64,000 nt of DNA, from assembly GCA_012295275.1 (NCBI GenBank), contig CM022669.1, forward strand, positions 12,152,001 through 12,216,000. Reading direction: 5' to 3'. Shown here piece by piece: positions 49,761-64,000 of this stretch; positions within the stretch are counted from its first letter, which is position 1; each line of letters opens with the position of its first letter. Made by a program: the position numbers and the translations under genes. Source of the DNA: Chrysomallon squamiferum (taxonomy: Eukaryota; Animalia; Mollusca). Under the pieces are notes generated by a model. That model was given only the letters and a program-made list of their open reading frames with translations, was not told where the DNA came from and made no database searches.

Positions 49761-51793
49761 AAATTACTTAAGTGGTAGCAGACTCATTTTATTAGACAAA
49801 AATAAAACTAGACAACACTGGCAAATAAGCATGTAATTATTAAATGAATTTTTAAACTTAATTATGCAATATTTTTGACACAGAAACTAAAATGTTATGT
49901 GACACCATCAATAAAGATTTTATTTATTTATTTAGAAAAAAAAAAAGAAGAAGTATATATATTTATTAATATTGATATTGTTTTAAGGCAGTTAGTGAAA
50001 GTAAGATAATTGGAAATCGTGTTGCTTAATTCTGAAAAAAAAAAATAATAATAACTTAAGTATCAACATTAGCAATTTTTTATTTACTTAATTTATGATA
50101 TATATTCATTAATTTTAATATTTTATTTATGAAAGCAATGAAATTCAGAAAAAGATAGATTTATTTCACCAGGAATTTTTTTTTTTTTTAATAGTGTTTG
50201 CAATAACAATAAAAGATGTATTTATAAAAATTTAATAATGTTTTATGTTTATTAATTTTAATATTTTAACCAATAAAGTTAATGAAGAAGACTTGTGATG
50301 GATTATTTCACTCTCAAAAACCCGCAATAAAACCAGGAAATTATAAAGGATTTCATTTATAGAATTTAAGAAAAATTAAAATATAGTTTGTGCAATATAT
50401 TTATGAATTTTGATATTTTAATTAAATAAAAAGACAAAACAAATAAATAAATAAGTAAATTAAATTAAATTTTTAAAAATTACATAGCAAATTGTTTTTA
50501 TATATTTAATACTGTTGGTAAAATGATTTATGTAAATATATTTAAATCATAAAATTTTTGAATTATTATTACTTATTTCTCTTTATTTTATTTTTCACAA
50601 TGAGTCAAATCTAAAATCTATATCGACTCCATAATTTTTTTTAATTTAAATATGAAAGTTTATAAATATATAGAGTATTAAAATAATTAAATAAGCTACA
50701 TTTTTAATAATAATGAAACATTCTATTGTTTGCTATCTAATATTTTTACTTAACTTTCTTCTTTTTTTCAGTGAATTTAAATAAATAATACATTTACTAA
50801 TGCTAATATATAAATGACTAAATAAATTAATATAGGCAATAATAGACTTGTTTTAATCAGAAAACAGGAATATTTGTAAATGTGAAGATTTTTATGTACA
50901 TATCTTAAAATTTTAACTGATTTTTTCAAATTAGCATAGACTAAGTTCATTTTCAAAAACAAAACAAAACCACAAAACAAAACAAAAATATTAAATAAAT
51001 AAACAATAGTAATAATAAAGAAAACCAAAAATGGTAAAAAATTAATGATTAAATATAATTATTTAATTTTTAATATATTGAAATAAAATGTTCTCGCTGT
51101 TGCATAATAATAAAAAATATTATAAATTAAATAAATAAAAATATAATATATATCATTCAGAAATAAAAATTAGAATAATCTAAAAATGATTAATAAATTC
51201 AAAATAAAATAAAATAAATAAATAAATAAAAATACATATATAAACATTTAAATTTTCAAATTAAATGTATTCATCCAAAGAAATTAAATATAGTGATAAT
51301 TATTTTACTTTTAAGAAAGATGAAATATTAATTATTAAAATAGAAAACAAAGAAAATTAGTTTTTAAGCATTTAAGCTTTAAAATTAAAAACACTGAACT
51401 TTTACTTTTATTAAATATAAAAATAATAATAATAATAAAATAAATATATCTAACACTATCAGCTTTAAAATAAAAAATTTCAGATTAAATAAATTAATTA
51501 AAGAAATAAAATATACTGATAATTATTGTTATTTAATTAGTAAAATAATGTATTTATTATAATTATTTTTGTATATTTCTTTCTAAGTATAAAAATTAAT
51601 TATAAACATTAAAAAAATAAAAAAAAAAAACAATACAAAACAAATTTTACATAAACATTTAAACATTAAAATGAACTATTTCACTATTTTTTAAATGTTT
51701 TTAATTAAATAATGATTAAATAAAAATAAAAATAAAAATAATTAAAGTTTCATATTTATATATATGTAAATAATAATAATAATAATAAAAAAA

Positions 51794-51843
<50 letters not shown>

Positions 51844-52018
51844 GCGATAAACCAAACTGAAAAAAACTATAATTAAAAACACTTTCATTTGTAAATCATA
51901 ACTTTGAAAAACCAAAAACACAAAACACACACACACACACACACACAACGATAAAACAAAACTGAAAAAACTATAATTAAAAAACTTTCAAAAAAAAATC
52001 ATAACTTTGAAACACACA

Positions 52019-52069
<51 letters not shown>

Positions 52070-52242
52070 TATGTGTATACAAATAAACAGAAAAAAAAAG
52101 AACATAAACTGAGTAACAATATCATATAGAAAGATTTATAAATGCTAATTTATACAATATATTTATTAATTTTTATATTTAATTTTATCAGTGAAATTGA
52201 TGCAGTTGTTAGCAGACTTATTTAATATCAAAACATACAAAC

Positions 52243-52273
<31 letters not shown>

Positions 52274-52461
52274 CAAAAAAATAAACAAAAAAACACATTA
52301 AACAAAAACTATATAAAATAAAACAATTTTAAAAATATTTAAAAAAATGAAATAAAAAACAAAAATAAAATAAAAATAAAATAAAATAAAATAACTACAG
52401 AAAATAATAGGTAAATGATATAAACAGTCCAATAAGTAAAATAAGACACATAAATAAATAC

Positions 52462-53050
52462 CTGAATATGGAGATATTATTCTGTAATCTGTGTTTTGTT
52501 TGCATGTTAGTTAAGCGCACTTGTTAATCATGTGTTAGCTGGACTTTCAACCTCATCTGCATCAAACTTCTCCATCAGAGCACTGGAACAATATGTCTTC
52601 GTAGTTACCTCCCTTAGTCCAAACATATTAATTATATAAATCAATTTTTAAAAATTAAAATCCAAATTACTCAGGTCATTTCGTTTCTCTGTGTAATCCA
52701 AATTGTGAACTACTGTTTCCTGCAGCCCTGATAATCATTAAAAAAATCTGATTGTTTGTTACTGAATGACTTGTATTAATCTTACAGGAAACTGCACTGT
52801 CGAGGTTTGAACCTTTGACCCTGTGTTTGGCAGTTATATAATTTCCTTTAATTTCTGTCAGTGCTGGCACACATAGAACGATTGTTAACCAGTACAATAC
52901 ATTCCTTACTTACTGTACTTTTCAGTGGTTATTCCCTCTGCCATTTCACTCCTGAAACCCCAAACCTTTGCTCCATTCATGTTCCTTTCAAGTGAAAGAT
53001 CCTGGATTCGTGAATGTTTATACTAAATAGGAAAAGACCATTACTTTTAC
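52462..53050 (-). promoter_or_regulatory. Candidate first exon/promoter of the PTP gene, including a DR2-type nuclear-receptor element GGGTCA-AA-GGTTCA (52808-52821)
   Basis: High-complexity island within AT-rich sequence that ends at a CAG|gtattt donor (52462); motif read directly; no transcript evidence. Confidence 0.25.
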
Positions 53051-53272
53051 CCAAATGATACCAGACTATAAGTACTGTTGTACTCTCTCTATCCCAGATA
53101 ATGCCTTTATTTGTAATATCTATGTAGTTATTTCTGAAATTATGAATGAATCAACATTTGTTTATGATATAATTTTTTGTTCATAATTCTTAATTTTTGT
53201 CATACACATCTAATAATAATATGAATGAAAGAAATAAATAATCTCATATACATATGTATGTATGTATGTATG

Positions 53273-53321
<49 letters not shown>

Positions 53322-54037
53322 GTGTGTATGTATGTATGCTATATGTATATATATATATATATGTATATATGTAGGTATGCAAGTACATTTGTACCTAGGT
53401 ATAAATGTATGTGTATATATATTCGTGTATGTACATGTGTATAAACATATCTTTCACTGATAGGAAAACACATATTATCTGATGAAATTATTCACATTTA
53501 CTGATAAGAATTCCTGCATTGATCTATTGTTACCTTTGTTAAAAATGTGTTGCACTGGAAAAGTTGCTCTACATTCTAAACCAAGGTCAGATTAACAACA
53601 GACTGAATAAGTGGGTGAGAGAAGTAAAAGATAATGAGTACAAAATAATAAGTAAAAAGATTTTCGAATTTATCATTTTGTGAGCAGACCACAGTTCACA
53701 GGGTTATCACTGTTATCACTTTATAAAATCATGAGAGAAATTTACTGGTGAGAATATACCAGAATGTAGATGCCCTAAAACCAATAATGTCATGTATCAA
53801 AACTGGAGGCAAAAGTCCTAGAATTGTTATATATATATATATATATATGGATGGAGATGTGTAAAATATATAGAATATGAACATGTGTAACTTAGTCAGT
53901 GATAACTTGTATATGAGCTATTGTTCAAATAATCAACTCCTCAAGAGTTCACATTTCCTATTCCAAACAGCATCCTGTAATTTGTTATTTAAAAAAATAT
54001 CATGGTATGTGATATATCATGTCTTAGGGATAATATA

Positions 54038-54260
54038 CAGGGTGGCCCAGATGTAACCGAACCCGAAAGCTCAATTGATGATCACTGATTTCAAGTCTGC
54101 TTCATGAAATACTGAATCAACCATTGAACGATGTCATCACTATATTACAAATAATGGTTTGCATTTTGAACATTTGCTGTAACTATATGAAATAAAATTT
54201 GTTTCATTTAACTGTATCTTTTCATAACAATTCATGTTTGGTTACATCTGGGCCACCCTC
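54038..54260 (+). mobile_element. Internally deleted Tc1/mariner-superfamily DNA transposon (MITE-like, 223 bp)
   Basis: ~25-bp terminal inverted repeats (CAGGGTGGCCCAGATGTAACCGAAC / GTTTGGTTACATCTGGGCCACCCTC) flanked by TA on both sides. The interior keeps codons RCHHYITNNGLHFEHLL*, like the GxHFEHLL C-terminus of mariner-like transposases. Confidence 0.85.
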
Positions 54261-54947
54261 TATATTAAGAGATTTCTTGCTGGTAAAGAGTAAGGTGATA
54301 AAATGATATTATCATTATAAAATCAAATAATCATTAAACATCTTATGTTAACAATAAATATAACTTTATTTCAGCATTATGTTTAATAACTATTAATTTA
54401 AAAAATATAAAATATAAAAAATATATAAAATAAAGGGTTTATGATCTGAACAAAACATTTTCAATTCAAATAAATTATTTTTTTTATTATACAAAAACCT
54501 TTGGGATCTATCACTATTTTTTTAAGCTATAGAATTGGTTTTAAAAAAAATTAAATAAAAAAATTAAATTCACAATACTGATTCAAACAGAAACAATTTA
54601 TTAAATATTGTTTTTAAATATGACAAACAATTTTAATAAGTCAACAAAAAAAGACCAACAATAATATAACAGTGTGTAAAACCAACATGACCAGTTTGAA
54701 CAGTGGCCTTTTTAAACAGGTTGAATGAATACAAAAATATATAACTAATTATCAAAACAAATGTTGTTTTTACTGTATTTCATAATACAAAATGAAATCA
54801 TGCAAAACATGTCTTTCAAGAATGAGACAGAAACCTTAATAAAACATTTAATATTAATTTTCATTCAATTCATTTAATAAATTTTGCTTACAAAATTTAA
54901 AATTTATTTCAGAAAAAAAGAAAAGTAAATAAATTGTAATAATTAGG

Positions 54948-55360
54948 TTATTTACACACTAATTGTAATTTCAAAAACATATTTCATTTGGTGAAAAAGT
55001 TATACACTAATTTTAATTTATATTCAAAATAATATTTCATTTGGTGAAAAAATTATACACTAATTTTAATTAATATTCAAAGTAACATATCATTTGGTGA
55101 TAAAATTATATTCTAATTGTAATTTCAAAAACATATTTCATTTGGTGATAAAGATATACACTAATTTTAGTTTATATTCAAAATAATATTTCATTTGGTG
55201 ATACAGTTATACACCAATTTTAATTTACATTCAAAGTAACATATTTCACTTGGTGGTAAAGTTATATACTAATTTTAATATATATTCAAAAACACATTTC
55301 ATTAAGTGGTAAAATTATACACTAATTTTAATTCATATCAAAGTAACACATTTCATTATC
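54948..55360. repeat. ~53-bp minisatellite, ~8 copies
   Basis: catttggtg core at 54985, 55038, 55091, 55139, 55192, with variants at 55247, 55300 and 55354. Confidence 0.9.
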
Positions 55361-55819
55361 TAAATTTAAAACTTCATTTAAATCTTCTTTGCAATAATTA
55401 GGAAATTTAAAACATATTTTGCTTGTAACATAATAAATTTCTGAGAATTAACCTAGGATAAATGTATGAATGTATTCACTGTAACAACTGATAATTACTA
55501 AGGTTGTTGCACTGACAGTTGTGTTTCTAGGTACAAATCCTTGCTTTTAGATTATCAGTCTAATATTAACCCTTCAAATCTAAGCAAATAAAATCCCCCA
55601 TCCTTAAATTGTTTTATTTGTGCTTGAATGGTTAATAGTGACACTATTGCATATAGTTTATATTAATAATGCATGCCCCAGTAGATATTAAACCAATCAA
55701 GCTGTAGAGACTGAAATTGGATTTTGCAAATTTCAGTCGTTTTTGTCTGGGAAATTCAGTTTGGGTTACAAGTTTGTGTGGAAGCTTGTGGTTCAAAGGG
55801 TTAACCACTTATTATCTGT

Positions 55820-56530
55820 ATTTATATACAATATATTTATATACAATATTTATATTTTTATTAACTTTCTTCTGTTGGTTGGTTGGTTTTGTTTCTTATT
55901 TATTTAACCTGCAAGTTATGTAACAATTTCATTTGTAACAATTTCAATAATTATTAACAAAACTTAATAATATACAATAGACAATATTTATACTTTCATT
56001 TATTTCTTCTGTTTTGCTGGTTTTATTTTGTTTCTTATTTTTTTATGCTAAAGTAATGTAAGAATTTCATTCATAACAATTTTATTTATAACATTTTCAA
56101 TAATTATTAATAAAACTTAATAATATACAATATACAATATTATACTTTAATGTATTACTTCTGTTTCATTGGTTTTGTTTTGTTTCTTATTTATTTAACC
56201 TGCAAGTTATTAAGAATTTCATTCATAAGAATTTCATTTGTAACTATTTCAATAATTATTAACAAAACTTAATAATATACAATATTATACTTTTATTTAT
56301 TTCTTCTGTTTTATTGGTTTTGTTTTGTTTCTTATTTTTTTAAGCTAAAGTAATGTAAGAATTTCATTCGTAACAATTTCATTTGTAACATTTTCAATAA
56401 TTATTAACAAAACTTAATAATATACAATATACAATATTTATACTTTCATTTCTTTCTTGTTTTGTTTCTTATTTATTCATCCTGCAAGTTATGTAACAAT
56501 CTCAAACATTTTTAATAAAACTTAATAACA
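55820..56530. repeat. ~150-bp tandem repeat, 5 copies, alternating A/B variants
   Basis: The aaaacttaataa anchor recurs five times; cctgcaagttat and gctaaagtaatg variants alternate. Confidence 0.85.
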
Positions 56531-57173
56531 CAAACGGTTTTTGCAATAATTTCAATATTTCAACACACAATAAAAAATCCACAATATAACAAATATATAC
56601 AGTGTTGAGTTTTGCTGTTAACAAACAGTCAGTATTTCTTCATTCTTCATTCATATTTTAGATTCTCTTTTCAAAATCTTTTCATTTAAAAAGAATCCTT
56701 TTCTTGCTTTGGTTTTTCTTCAGTTCAAGATATGAAAGATCAGAATGTTGTCATGAAACAAAACCATCCTATGCTCACAACTAGATAATTAATTTTTATT
56801 TGTTAGAGTAATTTTAAGAATTCTTTTCTTTTTTTCCTTTGCAGTATGAACTGTTTAGTACATGTATTTACATAGCAGTGAATGTTCATGTTCTAGAAGT
56901 GTATTTACTGCTTCCAGATTTCTGAAGCTATAATACTGGTGAAATTAAACTGGTATTTTTTTATTTTTTATTTTTTTCATTATCTCAGAATTGTAAATAC
57001 AATAATTTTCACACAAACATCTAATTACTGCAAAGAAACTTTGCTTGCCAAGATCACACATCTTAGACTCTTTACTGTTTACATTTTAGCTGGCTTTTAT
57101 ATTCAACTAAACAAAAGTACTGTATTTTTCCAGCTGTAATATGGAAAAATTGTTTATAATTAGAGAAAACAAA

Positions 57174-64000
<6,827 letters not shown>

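Overview
AT-rich, microsatellite-dense animal genomic DNA. The composition suggests a mollusc, possibly a cephalopod, but that is only inference. I reconstructed four spliced genes by hand; all introns are GT-AG and reading frames are consistent across junctions. (1) ELL, RNA polymerase II elongation factor, + strand, 10 coding exons at 6950-18669; the first coding exon was not found in the window. (2) DCST2/SPE-42-like sperm-egg fusion factor, + strand, only two coding exons, 29679-32830, 924 aa. (3) A single-domain receptor-type protein tyrosine phosphatase, - strand, 12 coding exons, 47405-35705, 1401 aa, with an acidic/mucin ectodomain and a degenerate active site (WPD->WPT, HCSAG->HCSPG). 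(4) The 3' part of YTHDC2, - strand, running off the right edge, stop at 57174. The window also holds a deleted Tc1/mariner element and many mini- and microsatellites. The best leads are: a folded ~140-nt element in ELL intron 3 that abuts the branch point of a candidate poison/terminal exon (possible autoregulation); a probable pseudophosphatase receptor with a consensus internal donor that would skip its transmembrane helix in frame; the intron-poor DCST2 with a CRE/TATA promoter; and YTHDC2 with a Trp->Phe change in the m6A cage plus a long low-complexity tail. Family assignments rest on recalled motifs, not on database searches.
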